A stretch of 64,000 nt of DNA. It comes from Ostrea edulis. Taxonomy: Eukaryota. The translations under genes were made by a program, and so were the position numbers. A model generated the notes under the pieces. That model was not told the DNA's origin, did not search any database, and saw only the letters and a list, made by a program, of their open reading frames with translations. This document shows, in pieces, positions 49,501 to 63,237 of the stretch (the first letter of the stretch is position 1; the number at the start of each line of letters is the position of its first letter). The stretch spans positions 90,148,001 to 90,212,000 of the forward strand of contig NC_079169.1 of the NCBI RefSeq assembly GCF_947568905.1. Direction: 5' to 3'.

Positions 49501-52500
49501 CTTGCGGATTAATTTGTCATTTCTAACAAAAACCTATCAGATCTTTATTGAGAACGAGACGTTTTGATTAAGTTGCATTTCCCCCAGCCGCCATAATGGA
49601 CCAGAAAGTTTCTCGGTTTCTCAGACATTGATTTCGTGTAAACGTTGACACTGACACATCTGTTTTTCTACTTCATCTTTTAAATTGTTTATATTTGTTC
49701 CAAATTTTCCAGTCTGTCTGTCACATGATTTTTAATGAATTATAAGTACCCTTGTCGTTTCTTCTTCTTCTTTTTCCTGTGGAACATCGAGATATTATCC
49801 AATGAAATAGTCATTTATCTTCTATCGACAATGTTTTGAAACAAATAGAGTTCTATATGATATTCTGGAGTGTCTTTTTCCATTTATTTGTTTTCAATGA
49901 ATTAAAAGTGGCCAAAATCAATTACATAAAGGTTTTAATTGTGGTAGGAATTGCGAAAGTGAATATGATAATAAAAGATTGTTTTCTTGATAGACCAGTT
50001 GAGGGGATTTACAGAATTAAATCCAGCCCCTTTGAAGTACCTGTAAAATGCAGGTTTGAAACGGTACCTTTTCTAGTGCAAAAGTTTTAACAGATATAAA
50101 ATTATAAATCCACACTTTGAACGTTAGTTTTATTGCACCGTGTAATAAATTTCATTTTACGTTGGAAAACGGAAAAAAATATCTTTACATCTTTTAATTT
50201 GTTTAGAAGGTGTAAACATATTTTCTACGGTACCCTGAATAACCTTCGGTGTAAAGATAATCTTCCCTGTACCTTTGAAGTTCAAATTATCTATAAATGT
50301 AATAAATTTAAAGTTAAACGGTTCATTTCACACTTTCTTTGGCTAAATTACTACCCAGGCCTCCAAACCCCGCGGAAATTTTTCGACTTTACAGTTTCTT
50401 TTTAAAAGTTTTATGAACGCTCAACACAGCACAGCAGCCGACGGGCAGAGTCTACTGATGCCTAATTTTCTAGCAATGAAACAGATAACACTCTCATGAT
50501 TGTGTAGGTGTAATTACAAGATAGATAACAATGAAAGCTAACAGATCGAAAATAAACACACCGCTTTGATCCCCGCCAATCAAATTAGTGTGGCGACTTG
50601 GCTCCCTGGGACCCGGGTACATTTTTTAATACGGTAGTTCACACGAGGAACAATATCGAAGATTTCGGGATGAAGTAAGGTTACAGAAGCTCTATCAATA
50701 TCCTATCAAATATTCAATCTTGGACCTTACAAAATTGTGTAACTGCGCTGTTAGACTCCATATGTTTATTTTTTCTTCTTCCGATGATTCCCTCGCTGGT
50801 TGTTTTGGTCATTTAATGTCCAGTCATGATGAGGGATCAAAGACCATTTACACGTGTTCAGCCATAAACATATGCGAATTTTGATTCCATTCCACTTGGA
50901 ATTTGTTCCTATATGTAACTGAAAATGTATTTCATACAGCATTAAATGGGCAGTATTCTATATATAATATAGCATTAGATGAGCAGTATTTTATAAAAAC
51001 AGCATTAAATGAGCAGTATTTTAAATAAAACACAGCATTAGATGAGCAGTAGTTTATATTAAAAGTATATACACAAATAATGCATGTCTAATTGCTATAT
51101 TTTCATTATTAACATGACATGCACCCTAGAACTAATTCTAAATGAGCTAATACATCAAAAGTACTAATACATTTAAATATCCATGGAAAAGATTTGATTT
51201 CATTGGGATGTTTTTCTTAAAAGTAATACTTTAACTTAGCTGTAAGTTTTTAATACGGAAGTGGACCAGAAATAGCCGTGCTACATTGGATTGATTTTTT
51301 TTACCTCGTAATTTCCTGATGCTAATTTTAAAAAGTGTGAAAGATTGTAATATATCATGTATGGAAGTAGATAAATTGTATTTTACCTACTTTTCCACTA
51401 ATTTGTTCACCACATTTTCAGTTATATAAACCTATATTGTATTTAGATAACGCATTTATTCAAATAATGATGACCAGAAAACATTGGCCATATTAATAAT
51501 CTGTATCCATTTATGAAGACATTTGGGCATGGTCCTCGTCAAGATATGTTTAAACTGATTTATCATAGACAAATGTGTTCAACTTCATTGGTGATAAATC
51601 AAGGACTTTTTATGAAATGTTGACAAATTCTGTCATTATTTGTACAAAGATCACTTGTCATAATTTAACTAAAATTACAACCCATGTCAATTTACTCTTA
51701 CAAGACTAAATAAGACCCGTTTATCGAAGTTACGACTGTTTAATGTTTCGATGCAAATTTAAATGTACCCCGAAAAACAATCATGTCACCACAGTGTCGT
51801 AATAAATAACAACTGAACTAACTCTGATCCTGTACCTCCATGTCGGAGTACCGTACCTTCTGTCCTCCGTATAAATCAATGTCAGCTTGTATCTGTTGTT
51901 GAGTACGTGTTTTACACGTGTTCTGCACATTGGCAGGTATTGTGTCAGAAATTAGTACTATGTTACGAGACTGTTCTCCATATATCACATGAATTATTTA
52001 ATTATTGTTACACGATTTTTTTTTTCTGAGGAAAAGTAGAATATTTGCCATTTTATTCGACGCAGAAAACGTAAGATATGTGTGTGTGTTTAAGGATTCT
52101 TGTACTGAGTTTTGATTACGTTACTCGTTTCAGTGTGGATGACGAAAAAGGTTATTGAAAGGCGATATTTATTCAATATTCACCCACAAATGACAAAATA
52201 CACACTTTCTGAGACGCTCTTATTACTCGAATTAATCGTCACAATAGGACACCCCTTCTGCTAACACATCTAACAGTCGTAAATCGGCTTTTTTAAAAAG
52301 AGAGACGTGAAGTATTTGTACTAATTATCATAAAAACTTCATCAATCTGTTGTAGTCAGAAAGATGTGGATTCTATTTATTCCCAGAGCGCAAAATCAGC
52401 CAAGGCGCTAGGCCCCGTAGATATATAATTAAGAAATAAAAAGAATTTAACCTACCAGTACTAATTTTTATCATCCCGAACAATTTCACGCAATATTGTG

Positions 52501-53624
52501 AGTTTGTTTGAACTCGCACCGGTAAAATAGTGTAGATAATTACACTTATCCGATTGTTATGAATGGGGTTATTCTAGTTGCAACAATAACAATTATTAAA
52601 GGTGGGGAATGATATAGGAACGACCCACTCCGAATTTCGCACGCTGTGTAAATATCAATAGCAGAGATTTTTCAAAGTATAGTTTCCATCTGTTTCTTAG
52701 TTATATCTTAAATTTGAATTACATTTTCTTCAGGTTAAAAAATGAAGATGAAGTATACAAATATGTTTTGTATATTACCATATGATTGCATGTGCATCAA
52801 CTTACGTTTTACGATAATTTTTACCGACATAATAGTCTTTTTCCTGGAGACGCCTTTTCAAATAGTATGAGTATTTCCTCTTCGAAGTTCTAAAAGTTTC
52901 CAATGTCATTCCCATTTTGATTTTGCAGTTTAAAAGGAATACATCCATTACTTCTTCCTAAAAATAAAAAATAAAAAGAGAGAGCGAGAGAGAGAGAGAC
53001 AGATAATTTTTTCGTGATAACCTTGTTAAATTATTGATAACCATATATTAACTATTTCCATCTGTTGAAAATTAAACTGTGAAAATTTAAAAGTTGAATT
53101 TTCAAGGCGAGTCAGTCGCGAGTTACAATGTTTCTTAAATATTTACGCCTACTTAGAGTTATGGTTCAAACCATTGAACATCAAACGGATGCAGTGTCAT
53201 AACAGTGCTTAGAGAGACTTTTGAAGTGGAATAATTTTATTGCAGTTCAGTGTATTAACGATCGGCTCTATTCAGAGATCTCACAAACCTGAATAATTCA
53301 AATGTCCAACAATAAATAGTATTCTATGTAAATATCAAACTTCAAAAGCGTTTAAGTAATAAAATGCACTATAAGTATGTAACCCGGCAATATTTACTTT
53401 AATCATCGATTTTCTCATTTGTTCATCTTGAAATTCCGGTTTTTAGGTGGCCTCTTGATATTTATCTGTTGATATATTGAAAGTAATAAATTAATTTAAT
53501 AAATGCAGTTGTTAAATATTGTGCTTTATGGAATTATGGTATTAGATAACAAATTTGTTTTTGTTGGAGATGAAAGAAATTTCACTGACGACCGTATCAT
53601 TGACGCGTAGTAGCGGGATTTTTA

Positions 53625-53840
53625 ATATCAACCAATCAACAATCGAATATTTGCGGAGCCCCGCCCCGCGCAGTGAAGCGAGCACGACATCCCGCCCGAA
53701 TCTTGTTATCGATGCGCAATTGACAGTCGAAATGGGCCATCTTCACAGGTTTGTTATTTGATTTATTGAGGTAATTATTCTATCAATGAATATGTTTAGG
53801 TTTTCACGGCTGATTACCTGGGAAAATGTTGTCTATAAGA
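53625..53840 (+). promoter_or_regulatory. Probable Evx proximal promoter
   Basis: CCAAT near 53633, GC boxes CCCCGCCCCG and CCCGCCC, TGACAG, GCCATCTT (YY1-like), TGATTTAT (Pbx-Hox-like) and TATA-like CTATAAGA near 53833, all 250-450 bp upstream of the ATG. Motif match only. Confidence 0.5.
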
Positions 53841-54072
53841 GACTCATCATGGAACATTAAGATCAGAGCATTGACTTGCCTCAGTGAGAAAGGAGCTAAC
53901 TAACTCAGCTCCCAGATTCAATTCTTCAGATGACATTAATGTACAACATTATCGCCTTCTTGTATCTGATAATTCAGAGAAAGGGACATTAGAGACTCTT
54001 GTTTTAGTGGAATTATCCTAATTATTGACAAGCGAATTTGTGACTTTGAATTTCATTAGAAACAAAATCAAC

Positions 54073-54280
54073 ATGCAAGGATCTCTGCCTTCTTCTCCTA
54101 ATAACCAGAGCCTAAGTGATTCCTCGGGGACAGAAGAAAGTCTGAAGAACATGTCTGAAGACAATGCCGGAAAGCTTGAGAAGTCACTGGAAACTTTCCC
54201 GGAATCTCCCCGCTCCGAGTGTTCCGACTCCAGCTCCGGGATAGAGACACCTGATAAACGCTTCTCTGGGAAATGGAAAG
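54073..54280 (+). CDS. Evx: Even-skipped homeobox (Evx) exon 1
   Basis: ATG at 54073; Ser/Pro/Glu-rich [19 protein letters not shown]...DKRFSGKWK; phase-1 donor AAAG|GTGTGT joins exon 2 in frame (G+AG = Glu). The N gap in intron 1 could hide more sequence. Confidence 0.75.
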
Positions 54281-54352
54281 GTGTGTTACTTTGTTATTTT
54301 GCCTTTAATATTCGTTTTCGGGTCATCTACTGATCCATGTTGATGTGTTTTG

Positions 54353-54490
54353 NNNNNNNNNNNNNNNNNNNNNNNNNNNNNNNNNNNNNNNNNNNNNNNN
54401 NNNNNNNNNNNNNNNNNNNNNNNNNNNNNNNNNNNNNNNNNNNNNNNNNNNNNNNNNNNNNNNNNNNNNNNNNNNNNNNNNNNNNNNNNN
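54353..54490. other. Assembly gap (138 N) in Evx intron 1
   Basis: Run of N. Confidence 1.
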
Positions 54491-57400
54491 TGACACAATG
54501 ATATCTTTTTAATGCATATTTAATTATTGATATGTAGTCAGCAATTAAAACTAATTAGTATATCTATTTTGGTATATATTAATTTATGGCATGATCCAGG
54601 CTTTTAGCCACATACATTTCTAAATGTATTTATAATGCTAGTATTATGTTAGTACAAAACAGTCACAATGGAATTTCTTCACATCAAATTATCCTATAGT
54701 GGTGAAGAAAAAAATTGTATCTCGTTATTTTCAAATTATAAAGGTAATATCAATTGTTTCGTTATATTTCACGTCAGTTTGCTTAATATATGTGCGGCGT
54801 ATTAACAATAGTATTAAACTTTCAACTCTAACATATTTTCTCAGAATACCTATGTTTATGTATATAATGGAAAAATTTACCTACGACGGGTCGAGGAGGG
54901 GGGGGGGGATGTCATTCTTATTAGAGCTAATGCAGTAATTGATATCTCCAACATTCAGTTTTAATTCAATTTTTAAAGTTTATATGTCATAAGCAAACAT
55001 GTTTTGTAGAGTGCAAATCAATTGCCTTTATCACATATTTAAGTCATGACAAATTGTTTGACTAAAAAGTCACCCCTATTTAGCCTTAGGAAGGATGTGA
55101 AATTTTCTGCCTCATGATTTTCTTCCTTAAAAATGAATTTCAGCATGAGTCTTTCATTGTGTATGTTAAGTCAGTTTATGTTAAACCTGGGTTTACCCAA
55201 GATATTCTCGCCCAATTTGCTAATGGACATTTTACATTTAAGACAATCGCATACAGTTTTCGTTCCATTGAAGCGATTGAACGCCCCACTATATGTGATT
55301 ATGCAGATTTAATAGACATTTTTGTCTTAAGAAAAATTAAAGTTCATGTTTTAAAGTTTACAAATTGTTTTTGAAATCAAATTAGATGACTGACATTAGA
55401 ACAAAATATATACATGTATGAAATGGAAATTGCATTTGAATTACAATAAGAAATCATATACATTTTGTTTAGAAATTTTGAAATAATTTGACTATAATCA
55501 TGATAATTTAAAAGAAAAAAATTAAAATGCCATTTATACGCGTACCCAAGTCTGTTGTTTTAATCTCATAAAACTGGTTCGTGTTATTTTGAACAACCGT
55601 GGACTAGAGCGGGCAAACATTTTGTAGCCAATCTGGTTTTGCAACATTTCCCCTGACTTTCATGATAGCCGCATGGAGGGGCCTTTTTTTGTTCTCGCAA
55701 ATCTGATAAAGTATTTCAAGTTTAATGTTGTATAAAACGGTAAGCTATAAAATGTTTTTCATTTGACTAAATAGACTTGAGGTATAGAAATTCCATTTAG
55801 ATGGCCGTCTTTGATGTACGATGATTTGACAATCAGTTGCTACCAAAGAAAGCGAATCCAATGGCTAATCTGTTCATCTTAGCTGATGTGTCGTACGATG
55901 AAAAGAAATTAACTCGTACAATGAAACTTTTTTCTGATTTCTTTTTTTATCCCCAGCGAATTCTGGGAATTGCATGTTTAATATGGGAATTTGGTATATT
56001 GATAAACAGCTTTAAGACGTTGCCTTTGCGCATCAATTTTGACTTTTGTTCAACATACATGCAATATATAGGGACATTTCACTTGGAGTTAAAATGTGCC
56101 TTTAATCGCACACAGACCTTTTATAGAGCAATAATTCGCTTAGGTAATCTTTTCACGCGGTCCTTTCATCCTTTCGAGAGGTAATTTAGCGGTAGTAATT
56201 TTACAAAATAGATCAAACCCCAGCTGAACCACTAACTCCAAATTGGAATCGGGTATATTTTATTTATCTAATCCCTTTCTCAATCTTCCAAGGGCCATAA
56301 GTTTTATTTTGACTAATTCTTTTCATTATCTCACGTCCATTTTCACCATAAAAGTAGATTATATCTCCCGTCGGGTTCTCCGCTGGTCTTAATTTTGTCG
56401 TCGTCTTGTTAGGTCCGAATGCTGAAATTAAAGACCCCTCTAGACTTATCTAACAATAATATTGATTTTTAGAGCTAATTTGTTTTTAAGAATTATCTTA
56501 CTATGTGTTATTTAAACGACTTTATTCGAAAACAAACCGTGGGTCGACAATTATTCCGAACAATAATTGTATAAATATTGTCTATGCAAACAAATAAATT
56601 GACTACTTATTTTTACAATAACTGTAATTCGCACGCGACCGAGAAAGGATTAAGAGTATCTAATCTGCAAAGCGCGCGCAATTTCGAGCTGAGATGAAAT
56701 ATACACATAATCTTGCTTTGTCATGATTTGTTTCATATTTTTCAAACAGAAAAGTATAATTTCTTTTTACCGTTGGCAATACAAACAAACCCAAAATAAG
56801 TTTAATCCCAATATCGTTGGCGTTTTGCAATCTTAATGTAAATAAAACGGATGAAAGTCCGCCATGGTAGATATTACACTTTTATGATCGACTCCAATCA
56901 GTGCATGATGGATTGCATCTCATTTCCATTGCAAATAAGTATCAAACACTAATAGAATTACAACTATTTGTTTATGCTAAGGTAATTAGAAGGATCAAAG
57001 TGATAGGAATAATTCAATTATTGCAGTTCACTTGAGTTATATGTCCGAAGGCTTTTGTTAATTGCTCTTTTCTTCATTTTCTCATCTACCGTGTTATAAT
57101 CGTATCGTCTGTATCCTTGAGGTAGGCACGTGATTTAATCTCATCTGCTAATTAACACGTTTTAATATTCATCAAAAGCGTTCCGACTTGGGGTATCATT
57201 GTCTTGAATTTTTTTTTTACATGTATATACATGAACATGAAAAAAAAATAAAATAAAGCACCGTATATATGAAATATCTGTGAATATGAATATGTTCAAT
57301 CACGGTAAATGAATTGAAAAAAAAATTAAAAGTTAAAGAATTTGTTTAACCCCAAACTGTTTCTGCTTAGCTACTGTCAAAATCACAAAGCCTTTAATAA

Positions 57401-58093
57401 AGGAGAACGCCTTAGATGTTGCGAGTAAAATTATTTATTTTTATTTAGTGGAAATATTTTAGTGTGTGTTAAACCTTTTCCAATTTCTTTGAAGTGCAAA
57501 TTTTAATGTGCTTCGGTAAAACTTAAAGAGACTTATTGGAACGTGTAAGCGAACAATAATCATACATTAGCTTTTTCATGGTATTGCCTCTCTTAGCAAA
57601 TGATAATTTACTTTGAGGGGGTTTTCGGACACAGTAATAATCTATTTGTTCGCCATCTTATAAAAGATATTTATATACAAGGCAAGGACAATCTGAGAAC
57701 CGAATCAACCTTATTGGGGGAGGGGAACATAAAATGAAACAATGGATCGCAGCACGTCACCAGGTAGCTACAGAAAACCCCCTAGAAACACACCTGCAAC
57801 CATCAATAGCTCAGCGATGTAAACGATTTCCAATTTTGAAAATCAAAGAGTTTCATCGATAGTATAATTCTATTCGTTCCAAGTCATAAATCAAATGAAG
57901 AAAATATTGCGCGCGAATGCACGCGCACAGATTCCAGACTGCTGAAGTAATAATACTTAAGTTTGAATGAAAACGATTTTATAGACCCTGGTTAGGCCGC
58001 TAAATTGACTATTAATCCTTGACTAAAATTGCACTTGCATTAACCACCAAAGTATCAATTGGAGTAATAACCAGAGGTTATTATCTTTTATAG

Positions 58094-58251
58094 AGAGCGC
58101 ACAAGAGAGGGATATTCGCCGGTACAGGACAGCCTTCTCTAAAGAGCAACTCAACAGATTAGAAAAGGAATTTCTCAAAGAAAATTACGTTTCTCGCCCA
58201 AAGAGATGTGAACTTGCCGCTCAACTAAACCTCTCAGAAAGCACCATCAAG
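58094..58251 (+). CDS. Evx: Evx exon 2: homeodomain residues 1-46
   Basis: [58 protein letters not shown] is diagnostic of Evx. Acceptor TTATCTTTTATAG, donor AAG|GTACAT. Confidence 0.97.
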
Positions 58252-58378
58252 GTACATTTCTATGCAAGCACACGTTTTATTTCTAAAGATAAATTATCTT
58301 TTTATTAGAAATATACCCTTTTTAAATTTGAGATATAAGAAAAAATAATTAACAAAATATATTATTTGTTTTCAACAG

Positions 58379-58960
58379 GTATGGTTTCAGAACCGCCGTA
58401 TGAAGGACAAACGTCAGAGACTGGCCCTGACCTGGCCCTATGGGATCCCTCCAGATCCCCAGTTGTACGCCTACCTGGCCGCTGCCGCAGCCTCCTACCC
58501 GTACGGCGTACCGAGTGCTTCCTCTATACCCTATCCCTCCCTCGGACTTCACGGACTTTCGTCTTCTGCTGGTTCAGCATTTACGCCATTGTCCGTTCCT
58601 AGTCCTCTTCCGTCACGTCTTGACATGTTGAACTCCCTGGCACACACCAGCAGTCCCCTTCACCGTCTACCAGGCTTAGATGCGCTCCCTCCCATCTCAT
58701 CCGCATCCACAGGGCTCCACATGCCACCCAGAATGCACTTTCCCTGGATGGAACACAATCCCGCCATTTGTGGCGCGACATCGGGAAAACCTTGCACGTG
58801 CACCACTCATGGACCTTTTGGACTGTCTTCCTCATCCATTTCCTCACCCATCACGGGTCTTTTCCCACCAACACCATTTACGTCATCTCCACTTCGCACT
58901 TCTCCACTAACCTCGACGCAACATCCACTCCTACAGAAGGCCGACCTAGAGAGATCGTGA
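58379..58960 (+). CDS. Evx: Evx exon 3: helix 3 and Pro/Ser/Ala-rich C-terminus
   Basis: [14 protein letters not shown] followed by the Evx-family motif [21 protein letters not shown]. Acceptor TTTGTTTTCAACAG; stop TGA at 58958-58960. Confidence 0.97.
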   Translation, partial: VWFQNRRMKDKRQRLALTWPYGIPPDPQLYAYLAAAAASYPYGVPSASSIPYPSLGLHGLSSSAGSAFTPLSVPSPLPSRLDMLNSLAHTSSPLHRLPGLDALPPISSASTGLHMPPRMHFPWMEHNPAICGATSGKPCTCTTHGPFGLSSSSISSPITGLFPPTPFTSSPLRTSPLTSTQHPLLQKADLERS

Positions 58961-61900
58961 GATCGCATTAAATGATAGACAATTTATTGCTTGAATGTTG
59001 GGTGCGTGAGAGAATGAAATAAATAAATAACGAACCAATGGTCTATAAATGATTAGAATGAAAGAGAGCAATTTGAATACTCATGATTAATGTAAGTTTA
59101 ATATTGCCAATGATCTTTTAGCAAATCCATGTAAATATAACCTTCCATAGTAGGTAGTCTTCAGTGACGCCTCGTAGCAGCAGACACAAAAGTAGAAACA
59201 CTGTCACGTGATTCTTTGTTGTATTTATATTTTGAGATGTTGTTTTAACATATGAACTGTTATTAAACGACTGAAGCCAGCCAATATTTATGTCTTTATT
59301 TCGTTTTAGTGACATATCAAGGGTTTCAAAAAGGAATTTAAGTCTCCACTTTTTTTCCCCATCCGACTTCAGAATGAGAATGAAGACTAAATTAACCTGA
59401 TATAGTTGAGAGTTGACAAAGTAACCAAATGAAAATATTGGAAAATACGAATATGGCCAGATTACAGAAATAAACAACTACAGTTTATTTGCAGTAAATT
59501 AAACTTGGCTGCGATGATACCCTCCTTCACACTATTTAGTTGGGGTTTTAAGTCACCTATAACCTACTGAGCTAAGAATGGTCGTGTTCTAATAGATATG
59601 CACATACATATAAACATCACGTCCTGTTTTACGTAGAAATATGGATTTCTAAAAGTTGATCCTATAAAATCATTTCATTTTTCAACAAATCATCTGATTT
59701 TGAACATTGTATAATATTTTCATTACTTGAAGGTTTGAAACGAAGGAAATTCATAGAATTGCTTCTGGGTATACAAAACTTTAAAACATTGGTTCAAAGG
59801 AAAAATAAGTTCGTACACATTTACACCAAATGTATCGCACAATGAAATATTATAAATAGTTACATACATGTATATATTACGTGTAGCAACATCGTTATTG
59901 ATAAACAACAAAATGAAAAGTGAAACAATTCCCAAAATATGAGGATCAAAAAGATAAGTTTCATAAAATGAAGAAAAAAAACGTAACCCTGAAATAAATG
60001 TGTTATGTTCATGTACGAACATTTTACTTGCATTGTTGACTTGCAAAGAAAAATAATAATGATATAATTGAAGCCCAGAGGGGAAAGTGCATTAAACTTT
60101 TAAAAGTTTAAAGTTTCGTGGTAAATGAACAAGAATAAAATTAAGTTATAACCATTAGTGGTTATTTAAAGTCTGTGAAAAATTGAAACTTTTTCGAATG
60201 ATTATCTTTTGATTTGATGTTTAGTGGGAATGCCATTATCCCATAAAATGTCTCCCTCATTTTATCAAGGACTAGTTGCTGTGAACTTTTGTGATTATAA
60301 CATATGATAAATTTAAGTATAAATCCGTGATTTGTTCTCTCATGGGAAAAAAGTAGTATATATTTGATCACTTTATTCTTGTGGGTAGAAATGAAATCCT
60401 TTGGGAATTTCCACTTATAAATGATCGATTGAATTAATTCAAAGTTTTATTAAATATCGTGCGATTGATTATTGAATATTTTCCCATGTAAGAAAGCTGA
60501 TCAATGCGTAGATACATAATTATAATGTAACCTTGTACATGCAAGGTCAGTTAATCCCAAAATAAACGATTATAACGTGTAAATATAGAATAACACAGAA
60601 CTCGTGACGGTACTTTTCTTATTTAAAACTAAAGAAAGGTGTGTATTTTGGACATTAATCACTGTATTGAATAAAATTACAAAAGAATTACATAATCGAC
60701 ACATAATCTTGAATTTTCAACAGAAACATTTCAAATATTTCAATACCGATATATTGATGTAAGAGGTCAAAAAGGACTCAGTTTGTAACCACAAAAAATA
60801 GCTCCAAAGTCGATGATTTATCAGAAATTTAGCAAATTATCAGTTATTCATAGGTTAGGTTTTTCATCTTCTTCTTATCGGAACCTAATATCAGCCCTAA
60901 AATCAGATAAAGTTCTTGAAGGAAACGGTTTCAGTTTCGAAGCAAAACAGCTTGATAAGACAGGGTAACAAAGATTATCTTTGTCCAGGTGAGGGTTATC
61001 TGAAGAAATTCGGTCCATTCCCTTTTATGGATAATTAGTTGAATAATTACTTTTCATTGTTGTCTAATTGCAAAAGGATATCACATCCTCCGTTTTAAAT
61101 CTCGTGTTCATCCAACCTTTTGTAAAAACTAACGAGTTTATATGGCATACTAATCTCTCTTAAAGATAAAACTGACAAAAAGAATTCTAATTTTACATGG
61201 CAGAAACCATTTTCATTTCATAGTATTGGTGTATCACTTAAACCTTACGTAAAGAAATTTCTGAAAGCTAAAGAGAACATATTCACTAAGAGTTAAATCG
61301 TTTCTTCTCCTCAGAAGCATATATTTCATAACACGTATCACTTCTATCCAATTTGGATGTCTTAAACCATAAATCACACTCAACCTATATGAAAACACAT
61401 TAAAGGCAACATAATATTGCAAAGGAAAAGTAAGCGATTAGCACTGCTTTCGTGAACAAAATCATTTAAGCCACCGTCTTTATTAGATGTCAAATCGTCT
61501 TTAAACGTGATATACACATCACAGTTATAAAAAAGTAATATTTGCACAAAGAGAACTGTTTTCCTTACTGCACAGATGTGAATAATTTTCATAATTAGAG
61601 AGATAACGTCCCGATCAGATTGATAATGTTTGATCCTCATCGAATCGTTAGAAATCTGATGACGTTGATGATCTCTTGAAAGTCGACTTATCTACAGTTA
61701 GATCGCTTAAGATTTAGATACTACCAATCAAATCCAACCAAGCACATGCATGTACCTTCAAATCCATAAAAACCATCTTGGAGAAAAAAATATTGACCAC
61801 AACTCTTTTGGGGCAAATAATCATAAACAGCTTTACTTTCTAAAATCTGGATGTGTTAATAAAGCATAAACTTCATGAGTTGTTGAAAACTTTTTAAAAT

Positions 61901-62824
61901 TTACTCTCACAACTGGTAAGTACTTTGATTGATATCAAAATGTTTTAAAAAAAAAAAAATCTTACAGAAAAATGATATTATAACTCTGCTTAAAAACTTG
62001 GTCGGTATTAAAGGTCATTAAGCACGGAGAAGAATACCAGAAATCATGGGGCCTGTCATCGGGTACAAATTACACAGAACAATACCGCCTCCTATCAGAT
62101 ATCCTCCCCAGAATCCATGTGGTGTAACGCAAAACCTCGTTATCATGTGTCTCGTAAAACGTGCTGACATTTCACAAGTTGTCGAAAATGTAAACTTTAG
62201 TTTAAAAAAAAAAAAAAAAAATAGAAGCAAAATGAAAACGCAATTGAAAACCAGGTTTGTCTCGATTCCATTTTTTTCCCGTTCAGATGTGATCGAAAGT
62301 TTAGTGAGCTTTTTTTTTAAAGATTAGGATTATGTCTTTTCAATACTTATTTTCGATTGACGAATGGATGTAATAAAATGTAATATTTATGAGACACCTG
62401 TCGTATTCTTATTCCATTGAAAACTAACACTGTGACCCCCGGGACTGGGCCACGTGTCCATGGGTAGGCTGTAGACATTCGGACATGTCTTCCAGTAGAA
62501 AATCAGTCTCCGTGTTTTTACAATAGTGACACGAGACCATAAATGTTCGATTGATTGATAATAAATTATTATTGGGTATAAATTCTGACACAGTTAATCT
62601 CCTATCGGCATTAACGTTACGTAAAGCAAGTATAAAACGCCAACGAGCGGGGTCGTTAGTTTACAGTGATTGACAAGGGGATACCGTACAGATGGATGAA
62701 ATAAAGAAAGTATAAAATACAGTGTATATACATGTATGTGTAGATATTTTCAATATTTCCTTTATTTAAGAAAATTTATTTGAACTATTACAGCTATATA
62801 AATAAATGGTAAATTATATCTATA

Positions 62825-62826
<2 letters not shown>

Positions 62827-62864
<38 letters not shown>

Positions 62865-63032
62865 CCAAATAGAAAGAGTTGATATCACACAGTCAAAATA
62901 ATTCAATAAAAAAAGCAGGAAAATATACAGTCAATAAAAAAAGCAGGAAAATATACAGTCATGTTAAAATCCAGAAAGCGCTAGTGATTTAAATATATTT
63001 TGGAACTGTATATTTTCCTGCATTTTTTATTG

Positions 63033-63084
<52 letters not shown>

Positions 63085-63131
63085 AAATATGAGAAATTGC
63101 CTCAGTGTCCGGTATATATATATATATATAT
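62827..63131. repeat. Three (TA)n tracts enclosing an inverted-repeat remnant
   Basis: ATAATTCAATAAAAAAAGCAGGAAAATATACAGT (~62897-62930) versus ACTGTATATTTTCCTGCATTTTTTATTGAATTAT (~63005-63038), plus a 31-bp direct duplication. Confidence 0.75.
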
Positions 63132-63237
63132 CTTATTTTAATAAACCTGTTTTATTCGGGGATTGGACACAAATTCTAAAAGTGCACACTATCCTCTTCC
63201 TACAATACAATTTATAAAACAGAAATGATATTTCTAC

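Noticed and set aside
50938-51055. Four copies of AGCATTARATGRGCAGTA upstream of Evx as an enhancer multimer
   Set aside because: An ordinary short degenerate minisatellite (31-33-bp period) with no evidence of function beyond a TAAT-like core.
58349-58971. Overlapping alternative-frame and antisense ORFs in Evx exon 3
   Set aside because: Expected by-products of a GC-rich coding exon; they have no independent splice or start support.
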